A stretch of DNA of 64,000 bases, from NCBI GenBank assembly GCA_001662655.1, contig KV460220.1, one strand, 5' to 3'. The notes below the pieces were generated by a model that saw only the letters and a program-made list of their open reading frames with translations, was not told the origin of the DNA and ran no database searches. Shown here in pieces: positions 24,197 through 35,106 of this stretch. The stretch is from Pseudogymnoascus verrucosus (lineage: Eukaryota). The position numbers were made by a program, and so were the translations under genes. The stretch's first letter is position 1; every line of letters begins with the position of its first letter.

Positions 24197-26234
24197 CTAC
24201 TCACACTCCCATTTCCCATCCTTCTCAAGCTCATATTGGAGCTCCCGCTCAAGCTGGCTCGTAGGCTCAAGCTCGAACTCAAATCCAGCTTCGAAGCTGG
24301 TTTCCGAGCCAGCTTCGAAGCCAATTTGGAAGCCAGCTTCGAAGCCGGTTTCCGAGCCAGCTTCGAAGCCAGTTTGGAAGCCAGCTTCGAAGCCGGTTTC
24401 CGAGCCAGTTTGGAAGCCAGTTTGGAAGCCAGCTTCGAAGCCGGCTTCCGAGCCAGTTTGGAAGCCAGTTTGGAAGCCAGCTTCTGGGTCGATAATTGGG
24501 TCCTGGTCTTCTGGAGGAATTGGGTGGCCAGCTCGAAGAAGAGCTTTTACCCTCTTTTTCCGGAGGCCCTCCTGTTTCCGGGCCTCAACCCCAGCCCTAT
24601 AAAGCTGCTTCCGGGCCTGGTTGGCAGCTAGCCGGGCTACTCTAGCTTCCTTCGCCTGGGCTTTCTGAGCTATAAGCTCAGCTTTGGCAGCCCGAAGCTT
24701 ATAAGCTCGCTCAGCAGTAAGCTCGCCTCCAATTTGAAGCCGGGCCCGGCTCCTACTCTTCCCTTTTTTCTGCTCCTGTTTCTGCTGCTGTAGAACCTGT
24801 AGATCAAGCTCCTGAAGCTGGCCTGAGGCCAACATCCGTTCAGTGCCAGTAGCCCAGTTGCCCCAGCTCTTCTGTGAGGGGCTGCTTAGAAGCCCTATAA
24901 GCTTTGAGTTCCACCGCTGTAGCCCCTGTTCTGAGTCCTTAAAAGTTGTAGGTTTAGGGGTTATTGGGTGTAGTAGTAGGGTAATTGGTGGTGTAATAGG
25001 CCTAGGAATAGGCTTTGAGTAGGTCCGAGTCCTTAAAAGTTGTAGGTTTAGGGGTTATTAGGTGTAGTAGTAGGGTAATTGGTGGTGTAATAGGCCTAGG
25101 AATAGGCTTTGAGTAGGTCCGAAGCTTCATAATAGCTGTATTACAGCTTATTGGCCAGATTCCTAATTTCTGGAAGGCGTGGGTTATAGTAGACTCCTTA
25201 AAAGTCTGCTCTCTTATATGTGGAATATCTCTCATAAATGAGGACAGATTGTATTGAAGGTCCATCTCTCGTATGGCCTTAAGCACAGCTTCCCTATGGT
25301 AGTGCTTATAAGGTTAGAATATCCCCACATCTAATGGCTGTAAAACGTGTGTAAGATGTAAGGGGAACGTATAAGTGATAATGTTGCTCTCTGCTGCTAT
25401 AATGATGAAATCATCACTTGTATGGCTAATATGTGAGTCGAGTATTAGGAGCTTTAGGACGTTATGTAGAGCTGTATGCTCTATAAAGTGCTGTAGCCAC
25501 TATAGTGTAAGGTGAGAATTAGAAAATCCAGTGTCTGATAGTAGGATGAGCTCTGTGCCGAGTAGATTTAGGTGGTACCATGAGTCCATATGTATTTTAC
25601 CCGGTAGAATAAGTACTGGTGGAATAGTCCCTCCTACTGTAGACACAGTTTCTACAATAGTAATAGACTGTCGATTTTCAGGGCTTAGAGTATAGAGCTG
25701 TTTAGCTATTCGTGGCACAATAACCTTCTCTCCTCCTGGAATTCCAATTCTAAAGCCAGTTTCATCTATATTCCAAATTGACTCTGGCTTTATATAGTGC
25801 TGTAGTATAAACTCATAGTATTTCTCAAACCACTCTTGAATAGTACTCTCATCTTGAGCTTTAACACGCTGTTGAGCAATTGGCTTAGTTGTAATAATAT
25901 GGAAATCTCGAAGCTCATTCTTAATGAGCTTACTAAGCCAGCTTCGTGAGGGTGGTGGTAGTGGCTTCCGTAGGTGGCATATAGCTGCAAAGGTCATTTG
26001 CCGGGTAGCTCCTAGGCCTAGCTCATATTGCTGTATAATCCACTGCTTTAGAGCTTCTATTTGAGCTGTAGTGAGCAGCCTATTCTGACCACCTTGGCGG
26101 GGCTTGTGGAGTCGTTGGATGCTTGACTGTAGAGTGGTTCGTGGAATGTGGAAAATCCTAGAAGCAGCAGCTACAGACTCAGTCGGATTGTCTGCTAGCC
26201 ACTGACGGGCATTTAATAGAGGAGTCCCTTCCAT
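24197..26234 (-). pseudogene. DDE_1 (pogo/Fot1) transposase pseudogene
   Basis: In-frame stops (e.g. TAG at about 25500 in L-*-W-L-Q-H-F) and a 94-bp tandem duplication (24933-25122) that shifts the frame. Confidence 0.88.
24283..24485. repeat. 12-bp minisatellite in the transposase 3' end (GFEA/GFQT/GSET codons)
   Basis: Repeated agccagcttcga / agccagtttgga / agccggtttccg units. Confidence 0.9.
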
Positions 26235-27123
26235 TAAATTGTTTTCATTGAGTTACTATGTAAATTACTATGTAGAGGAATGTTGTAGGTTTTGGTGAGG
26301 GGTAGCGGTGAACTGGCGCCAGTACAAACTGAGCGATCTCGCAGACGCACTTCGCTTCAACAATTCTCGCAGACGCACTCCGCTTACGACTACGATTACT
26401 AGTAACGAATTTTGTGGTGGTTTGACGCAGTTCGCTTCCGCTCACAGTTAGGTCGTGTTCCGGAATGATTCCGGCCACAGAATTTACCGCAGGCACATCC
26501 CACACGCGATGACGGCTCTACACTAAAGAAAGCGTTCTGCAGAATGGAAATGTGTTTAAGCATGTATTCCGTGTGAGACGCAAAGTTACCGAAGAGAGTC
26601 AACACAAATCTAACAGATGTTCTTTTTACCGTAGAAGTGAAAAAGGCTCTAGACACTTGCCTAAAACGATAGTATTGTATCACTCAAACGGTTGGCAAAT
26701 GATTAGGATAGCACGCAAATAGCACATCGTAATAATAAGAAAAGCCAAAAAAAAAACTTAGCTTGATAGTCCATTCATTCTTTGTCCGCGAACCTCCGCT
26801 CACCTGCAACGAGACATGTGGAATTGTGCATCCGATGTCATGCTTCGCACCTCATACTCTACTTTAGTTAGTAGGTAATGGTGGGAAAAACCGCCACTTT
26901 CGCTAAATCAATACGGCCTACCCCACCCATTTTCTACGGGGTCGGTCCCCGCCTTTCTCGCCCTGTCTTTCTTCATGCACTTCCCTTAACATCATAAAGT
27001 TAGCTCCTGTCTAGAGTCATCCTCGCGTGATACTCTACAGGCAAACTCTAATCAGTAAATCATTCTGCCCTCTTTGTTCAGAAATCTTCACCAAAATATT
27101 CGCTGGCAGACGGAGCACCCGCG

Positions 27124-29869
27124 ATGACTAGCATTCCGCACATCCCTAATCACGGAGCACCCGATGATCAGCTCGCGACCAGATTACTGATACCAATGGC
27201 CAAGAGAATCGAGCCACGTCGGATAAGGAAACCGCGCAACAAGACTCTAGAAGCTTGTCAGAACTGTAGAGAGAAACGCATCAAGGTGGTTCCAGATTAG
27301 AAACTCAAATTAAGGCCAAACATATCTAACATTTATAGTGTGACGGCTGTAGACCTTGCCGTGGATGCCGGAATAAGAACATTGAGTGCAGTCTCGCTGT
27401 CGCTCGAACTGACCAGAATGACCACCTAGCTGAGTACGATTCCCGGTGAGCAAGACAGACAATTTAACAGGATTAACCGAACGCGCGTGCAGAAAGTTAA
27501 ACCAAGCTTTAGACAGGCTTTCTAGATTGGAAGCACGCCAACAACTTTCAGAGCAATCGTGGGGAACTGTTCGAGAAGGTGAGCAACTGCTTCATGAAGG
27601 GGGGGTGCATTTTGATCCCTTTGATGTTGTATCTTGCTAATTAAAACCTATCAGTCTTGGGCGCCGCAATTGGGAAGCCCTCGACACCGTCTATAACGGA
27701 GCTCAATCAGCAGACCGGATGTCCAGAATATTATGGTAAGAGCACTATCTAAAGCCTTCTCGGTCATTGTATGTTGACTCTTCTCTCAAGGCCGCACATC
27801 GAACCTAACATTGGCCACATCTATAAATAAGCGACTTGGACAGCTGGACAATAATGGATTAGCTACTCTACCACAACCCCGCGATGAATCCCTGAGCGTG
27901 AATCCGATCTCAAGAACAAGCGTCGGTCTGGCCAACCCTGAGAGGCTGGTCGAGGTGTGTGACTATGTTGTACCACTTACCGCTTCTAACAGACGATACC
28001 GAACGCTTCAAAGGGATGTAGCTGATAGGCACATTGAGAGCTTTCTTACCACAATCCATATATACTTTCCGGTCTTTGACATGTCAAGCTTTCGAGCGAA
28101 ATATGCACGTTGGAGAGAATTATTTAGCAGCAACCGTCGCTTCGGACACCATAACGACGATCAGGTCCAACAGCAGTCATTCTGCCTCCTCTATGCTGTT
28201 CTTGCCCTTGGGGCGTTATACTCCTCCGGCGAAGAGGACAGCTCATCTTGGGCAGCTTGGTACTTTTCAGAGGCTCAGGAAATCATCGGACGTCTGTTCG
28301 ATGCCGTAAATCTAGAGCTGGTACAGGCTGCAATGTTTATGGTAGGTCGCATCTCGACTTCGCGTCTGACAGAAGCATATGCATCTGTGTTTATAGGGAG
28401 CTTATGCCCAGCACGTCATCAAACCAAATTGTAATCCCTCAATAACCTCAGCTTTGTTTCTGGTACTGAGAATCGTTAGTGGCGTATAATCTCATCGGTC
28501 TTGCAACTCGAATGGCATTCTCGATCGGATTGAACATAGCAGGTCAAGGTCAAAGTCCGAGTGGGACGTATCTAGACGAGGCGAAACGTACCTGGTGCAT
28601 GGTTTATGTGCAAGAGGTGGAGCTGAGCTTAGATTCTGGGCGCCCGATGTCCCTGAGGAGCTGCGACGCCAACGTTCCTTTCCTCTCTCAGAGAATCGAA
28701 AACGATGCCGTAAGTATTAGTACAAGGAGGTGCACAGGTGTTGTTACCACTTGCTGACGAGTAATAGGCATTGCTCGGAGACCTTGCCACTTCTAAAACG
28801 GTGTTCATTAAGTATCTTACTGGAATTGCTCAGATAACGAGGGATATTATGACTTTCGTTAGTTACCATATCCAGGCCTTTGGTCCTCCTAGTCATGAGT
28901 TCAGGGCGAGAGTTCGTCGCTTTTCTAACAGCCCATGATAGCTTGATGGATCGAAGACAACAATCACCACCCCTCCATTAAAGTGGGACCGAATTGATAG
29001 CTTCGATAGCCAGTTGTTACAATGGCGAGAGTCTCTCCCGAGTCACTTGCGATTTCGAGACTATCTTACAGACCAAAACTACTCGCCAGAAACACTTTCA
29101 AGTTGGACATCTAGACAAAAGAGTAGCTTAAGAGTCCGTAAGTCTAATACTGTTCTCACTTACTACCAACACATACTAGCATCAGGATAATCATTAGCTA
29201 ACAGTAACGCAAGACTATAACATGGCAGTCATGATTTTGCACAGAACTTCCCTTCAGGAAGCGGAGAAGACCACACGTGACAAGGTTTCCATCGCATCAG
29301 AAGCCAAAGGTGAGCAGGCGGCAAGCGACATGGTCCGCCACATTTACAGCTCCTTTAAGGCGGTCCCAGATTTACGGAAATGGACTTACTACTGCTTCTA
29401 TTGTCTGCAGGCCACGCTCACATTGCTTATAAAGCTCGTAGACGAGCCTTTACTAGAGAGTAACCTCAGCGTGGCTGAGCTGTGTGAGCTCAGTATTGAT
29501 GTCTTTCAGCAGATTGATCTCAGGTCTGCAGACCAATGCGCTAAGATGGTGCGTAGAGTTCTGGATAGGTGGAATTCTCACCGCTGCAGACTTCTAGCTC
29601 AACAGAAAGGACATGCCGGTGCAGAACCCGTGGAGTCTATGCCCGGTCCACTTAGAACTCCCGATTCTATTCCAACTCAATTTGAAAGCGGGGATTATTA
29701 CCAAGATCCGGCCCCTATGATGGTAGATTCAACTGAGCGAGAGCTTGAGTTTGATTTTGAGACAGTTTCAACAGGACGGACAAGTGCAGGAACAGTAGTA
29801 TCTAGTGAATATCCATGGCTTGCAGCCGACGACGAAGCTTTATGGAGTTACTTATTAGATTTTAGTTAA
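27124..29869 (+). CDS. Zn(II)2Cys6 transcription factor with fungal-specific TF domain (likely cluster regulator)
   Basis: ACQNCREKRIK|CDGCRPCRGCRNKNIEC binuclear cluster split by an intron; IHIYFPVF, GLATRMAFSIGL and AKRTWCMVYV...LSLDSGRP motifs. Confidence 0.9.
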
Positions 29870-30421
29870 ATTTGTATTAATTAACCTAGCTATTGCTAGC
29901 ACTTATCTTACTGTTTGCTATAAACTAAATTTAGTAACAGAAATAGTCTTAGGGTAAGGGCTTATAAAGTTAAACGTCTAACCCTTATGCCTATTTAAGG
30001 GTGCTAGATAGGAGTAATAGGAATAAGGGCATATTAGGTTTAGGTGATTAAATTGTAGATGCGGGCAAAGTCGCGTGCGCAGTCAGAACGGGATTTGTAC
30101 TATAGACTCTATGAGGGGTCTACCCCGCGTCTCCGCAACAGTGACTCCACAGTTGCACTCACGTTACAATAATCACTATAATGGGATCTGTATCCTCTCT
30201 GATCAATCCACACGCCCTCGAATCGCCTTCTGTCTTGCTGCATGTTCACAATTACAGCTAATGGTAGAAATCGCGACTGGGTCTTTGCTTAGGAGAGACG
30301 CGCCTTCCTTAAAGATAGGTACGACTCCCTGCCTATACAACCCCTAATTGGCACCTTAGCACTTACTACTTTAGGTAATGGTCTGTTAGAAGGTAGGACC
30401 GGTTGCTAAAACCCTCTATTA

Positions 30422-30482
30422 CAAGCTTGTGTATGGCAGAGCGGACGGGATGCCCAATTCTCTTGAGTCTATGGTCGTATGT
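30422..30482 (-). rRNA. 5S rRNA gene copy 2, 5' part (interrupted)
   Basis: Identical to 8752-8812; ends at CAAGCTT. Confidence 0.95.
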
Positions 30483-30531
30483 GATGCTACTCAGTTGGTG
30501 GACTGTATGTGGCAGCATAGGCCCAGTGACA

Positions 30532-30563
30532 TTCAAACTCAAAACTGTTGATTGGTATTTAGC
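30532..30563. repeat. 32-bp direct repeat R, copy 3 (right boundary of the accessory region)
   Basis: Identical to 8863-8894; similarity to the 5S spacer stops right after it. Confidence 0.95.
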
Positions 30564-30906
30564 GCTATGCAAAATCTAACTCCAGCCCATAATACCGCCC
30601 CTGAAAACATAAAATCGAACAGAACTATTGGCCCTGCATTTGCTCACGCCTGTCCGTCCCAGCCATGTACCAGAAACGCCTATTCCGACCCTTGCAAATG
30701 ATATTATGTACGCTGCGTTCGGTGCGGTTCAAAGTCCTCCCACATAGCCTCCAATGGCATTGTAATGCTTCTATACCTTGTTGCGATTTGTATTGAACGT
30801 AATGGTCGTTATCAAGAGTGTTGTAATGTTTCACAGTATCTGTTCCTGTGTAGTGCAGTGAACTGTAGGATAATTTCGTGTATTCCTCCATGGATTATCG
30901 TGTCAG

Positions 30907-32807
30907 CTATGGCGATGGAGGCATCGACTCCACAACTGCGCCCATATTGGGGGTAGCTGCCTGAGCTGTAACTCTGTGTCCACCACTTCCATCAAAAATA
31001 AATGGTCCCGCATCATTACGGGGAGTCATGGGTCCGTCAGCCCCCGACAAGACATCCGGACTTCGATGTCCTGGGCTTGGCGTTCGTCGATCTCCACTTT
31101 CGTCGCTGCCACGTTTTGAACCCGACCGGTTCGATCTTGCAATATCAATCGGGGCGCTCAATCCGGATTGTTCGCTTCTAGCTTCGCTCTCTCTACCCCG
31201 GTCGTTGATTTCAAGATTAGCCATGAGTTCTTCCGATGAATAACCACTCGGTGAACTACTCGAAACTGGCTCAACGTGGGTCGTCGGTACTTGACCCAAA
31301 TTTCGGGGCTCAGGAATGTCCGGGGGAGAAATTGGTTGGGGTACTTCATCCTCCTCTGAAGAAACCTGGCGTTGGCGTGTAGTATCGGCCTCCACATCTA
31401 CATCTGATGGTTTCAGCTCCTCCCACTCGCCTTCTGTCGGTTCGTCCACGTCCGCGTCGAGGTCAGCAACTGCTCGACAGTTGGGACACACGAAGTGAGG
31501 CCAATGCGGGCCATTAATAATTCGCCGGACGCATTTGTAGTGCCACGTGTGCGAGCATGGCGCAACAAAGAGGGATTGGCAGGGCTAGTGTAGGAGTCAG
31601 AAATCTGGTAGATTTAACTCGAGACATAAACTTACAGCAACTGCGCCTAAGCAGATGGAACAGTCCTGAGAGGACGTTCCAGTTGTAGACTGTATCTGTT
31701 TCGCCATGTTTCGGAGGCGTTGGTGGGATGCAACACTGTTTATATGTTAGCTGTAGTCCTTTGTTCCGCCATGTGTGTGACAAACTTGAAGCTGTTTATT
31801 CCGGTCTGCCATGCCCTGTTAACTTCAATGCGAATCTTCACGCATCTGAATATCATTTCCTCGCCGCCCTTGAAATCGATCCCCAACTGAACAATATCCC
31901 CATTTTTCACTGGAAACGGCTTGCTCTCCGTGCCTGGAGAGCTCAACCTGACATGGTTCAGGAACGTTCCCGACGAGCTCTTGACGTCTTTTATAAACCA
32001 TTCACCATCTTGTGCCCAGAACTCACAGTGCCTGCGGCTGACTACCTTGGACTTAAAGCCAACAGGGGCAGCAGTCGACAGATTGGCAGGTTGATTAGGC
32101 TGTGTCTCTCGTTCTGAGTACCTCCCCACGCGTATAATCTCCTTCCCTGTTGGCAGTGTGCGGCCCATAGGGCTGAATATCAACGAGGGTCTCGGGGCGC
32201 GAGCGTCTTGATGCTGGGAAAACCGTATCGTAGGCTTGCTCTCCGGGCCATGCAAAGGTCCCGACGGAGGCGGGGAGCCGTGAAGATGCGGGTCTGGGCC
32301 CCCGTTCATTTGTGAGATATCAGACCCCGCTTCTCGCATTGCGGCGCTGCCAGAGCGTGTCCGCGCCATGGGTGGCTCTTCTTGATTCACTCCCGGTTCG
32401 CGGTGAAGTATAGAAGAGGCCACACTTTGGCCGCCTACTGTTGTAGGCCAACCACTTCTTGCAAAGGCCGTATCGGGAGAGATTTGTATTGTAGGTGACT
32501 CGACTGTCGTTGTGGGCTGGGTTGAAAGGCCGTCGGAAGTCACAACTGGCGCCAACTGCTCGAAATCGGCAGGATCAAATGAGGCTGAGGGCGGGGAGGG
32601 GTTGCTGGTAGCTCGAGTCAACGGCGATTCAGATCTTGTGCCAGGTGATGATGTCGACGGACTGTCTCGTGCGTAGAGGTGGTTATGGGTGTAGTTTCGG
32701 AGATAGCTTAGGCCACGAAGACGGCTGGATCGTGAGGGAGATGATGTGGAGGACGGAGAGGTCGTCGTTGCCAGAGTTGAAGATGACGGGGTCGCATGAG
32801 TAAACAT
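30907..32807 (-). CDS. dma1: FHA-RING E3 ubiquitin ligase Dma1/Chf
   Basis: FHA (RVGRYSE, GFKSKVVSRRHCEF, DVKSSSGTFLN) plus RING (DCSICL...APCSHTWHYKC...CPNCR) across introns. Confidence 0.9.
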
Positions 32808-33351
32808 AGTTGGTACTTGCCAAAACGAGCGGCTCTCCAAAACGTCCACCACCAGGTCTGTCGAAGTGACTTAGGTATAGGCTCAAAAGCGTTCAAACAA
32901 ACCAAACCAAATCCTACTCTGAACAGAACGGGATACGTTAAATTATGTTCGCGAGGACGACGGCTATGTTGCCAAGTTACCGCCGAACTTTACTAGAACA
33001 TATGTGCTTTCGGGGAGGTTGGCAGTTGACGCCATGAAGTACTTTTCAATATACTAGTACATACTGTAGTCGCAAGGTCGTTCGTAGTGGCGATTTCGGG
33101 ATTTGGGAGGGGTGGGACACGCGCAATCTGAATCGTCGAGCTCGGTCATCGGAACGGCCGATAGTACTTCCAGTCGGGGGCTATTATATACGGAGTATAC
33201 ATATAAATTCTCAAGAGATGGCAAAGGCTCACGTAAACATGGAAGAAAATAATGTTCTATTACTCGAGTATTACAAAGGTGCTACCGTGACACGTCTAGA
33301 ATTAAATACAGGCCTCTCGCCTCTCAATTCGTAACTTGATCAGCCGTCCCT

Positions 33352-34188
33352 CTAATACTGTCCTGGTGTTCCTGCGACCCCGGAAGCCTGCTCCTGTTGG
33401 CCATATAAACCCTGCTCCTTTGCATAATCCGCTTTCCCCGTCCGACTATAGCCATAGCCTCCCGTCCCTCCTGGATTTGCCTCATTCATATACGTATTCG
33501 CCGGCTTCGCGCTCATCGGAAACACCGGTGGCTCATATGGCGGGTTCATATCGCGTCCTGCATTCGCGTCTTTCTTGTTATTCCCAAGCTTCCAGAACTT
33601 CCACTTCACCGGCGCTGACCCAGCCGTGTAGTTGTTCGCTGGGGATGGCCCGAATCGCTTCTCACGCTTGTGGTGCTTCCATAGCAGGATCTCGGCGAAT
33701 GCGCTGAGCAGGAAGAAGCCAATCGCGACAATCGACACAGCGAAGGCGACCTTCTCCAGCCGGCAAACGGACCCGAGCTCCGGGAGGGCTGTGACGCCGC
33801 CCTTGCCGCCGGGAGGCTTGCTGTTGGCGTCACCGTTGCCGAAGGGTGTCACTACTTGCCCAGTGCAGCTCGTGACGCCATGTCGTGTCTCCCAGGCGAT
33901 GTAGGCGAAGGCACCAACGAAGGCGATGTCAAGGATGACAGCGAGGAAGGCGAACCAGCGGAAGCCGCCGAGGAACCACAGGAAGACGAGCGAGGCACCT
34001 GTGTAGACCACGCAAGCACCAGAGATGCCCTCGACGGAGCGCAGGTAGCCAGAGATAGGTAGGGAGTGGTTGGAGAGTGTTGCGAGGTAGTAGGAGTATA
34101 TCCCAAGGACGATGGCCGAGGCGCAGAATTGCACTGCACGGATGACCCACTGGACGCTTTTGAGGGCGATGCCGGACTTGAAACCCAT
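33352..34188 (-). CDS. MARVEL-like membrane-associating domain protein
   Basis: Four hydrophobic helices (RAVQFCASAIVLGIYSY...; ILDIAFVGAFAYIA; CRLEKVAFAVSIV); intronless 278 aa. Confidence 0.75.
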   Translation of the reverse strand: MGFKSGIALKSVQWVIRAVQFCASAIVLGIYSYYLATLSNHSLPISGYLRSVEGISGACVVYTGASLVFLWFLGGFRWFAFLAVILDIAFVGAFAYIAWETRHGVTSCTGQVVTPFGNGDANSKPPGGKGGVTALPELGSVCRLEKVAFAVSIVAIGFFLLSAFAEILLWKHHKREKRFGPSPANNYTAGSAPVKWKFWKLGNNKKDANAGRDMNPPYEPPVFPMSAKPANTYMNEANPGGTGGYGYSRTGKADYAKEQGLYGQQEQASGVAGTPGQY

Positions 34189-35106
34189 AGTTGGGGGTGG
34201 TGTGAGGAGGTGAGTCGATGTGGTCGTAATGAGGATTTAAGAGGTATTTGTTCAGGCGATGATGCAACGATAATGGTAATTGACGACTGATAGATATTTT
34301 GTGCACATGCGTTTTGTTTAATCATGCAAGGGCTTCGTTGGCAAGAGTGATGGTGGAGTGCAAAAGGGTTTATTAAAAAGATGCTCCTTCCCTCTCATGT
34401 AAGGAATAGAGTAAGAGCATCTTTGCCATTCACCCCACATCCCGTAGATGTTGCGCAAGCGTGTGTCGTTATGGACATCAGTCGACATCATAACCACTTA
34501 AATGGAGTCAACCCCACTAGAACTACATATCTCTCCTCCACCAACCTGACTAGTACCTGGTTGCGTATCGTCCTCCACATCTCGGCGAGAACTTACCACC
34601 CCGATCAGGTCGCCCCATCCTTTCGGCGAACCATATAGCGGAGCGCTCTTGGGTTCGCCGCATCGTTCGTTGTTTAGAGTGTTGCTAGTGCAAGTCTAGT
34701 AGGAACTGGTGGGTAAATTGGTGGTTCTAGGGGGCTTTTCAAGGATGATATCATACTTCGCCAGATCGCTGCCGATCGAGATCGATAGAACCGCGTCAGC
34801 CAGTCGATCTGAGACCCCCACATGGCGATCATTCATGTGACAATTTTTATGTGGCTGCCTATAACTGCACGAACCAGCTGTGCATACTCGTCCAATACGT
34901 TCTACGTGGAAATTTGAAATGTAATGGGCGTGCCAATGAGTTTAGTTGCTGCTCGTCTGAGTATATGTTTATATTTAACTCCGTGCAACAGATTCGAAAT
35001 TAGAATATTATGTCTGCCAAGGCTACGAAATATGTTTGGGCGTCTTCCGCCTAGTACGACCTCGAAAAGATAGTGATTCCAAATATACCCAGGTGCACCA
35101 GGGGAA

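Larger units (their letters stand above)
24046..26398 (-). mobile_element. Fot1/pogo-like Tc1-mariner DNA transposon, inactivated
   Basis: 60-bp perfect TIRs (24046-24105 / 26339-26398); minus-strand transposase remnants with HTH, WNIDETGF, LILDSHISH and HVLQPLDVGIF. Confidence 0.93.
8960..30421. mobile_element. Insert B: about 21.5-kb island in 5S rDNA carrying an aromatic-catabolism gene cluster
   Basis: Lies between the 3' fragment (8930-8959) and 5' half (30422-30482) of a second 5S gene; right junction is at the same CAAGCTT as insert A; left junction lacks 28 nt of 5S and the direct repeat. Confidence 0.7.

Noticed and set aside
24021..24631. Plus-strand repetitive ORFs (KPASKP / EASFEAGF)
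   Set aside because: Alternative frames of the 12-bp minisatellite in the transposon
3896..30421. Search for a DUF3435 tyrosine recombinase (captain) or other integrase in either insert
   Set aside because: No long ORF or recognisable recombinase motif at any insert end; the only transposase belongs to the separate TIR-bounded Fot1 element
3760..30563. CRISPR-like reading of the three 32-bp repeats
   Set aside because: Eukaryotic DNA, no cas genes, and the intervening units are 5S genes with kb-scale inserts, not short unique spacers
30366..30572. 68-aa minus-strand ORF (…TYDHRLKRIGHPVRSA…) and the 66-aa ORF at 3757-3957
   Set aside because: Chance translations of 5S rDNA and its spacer
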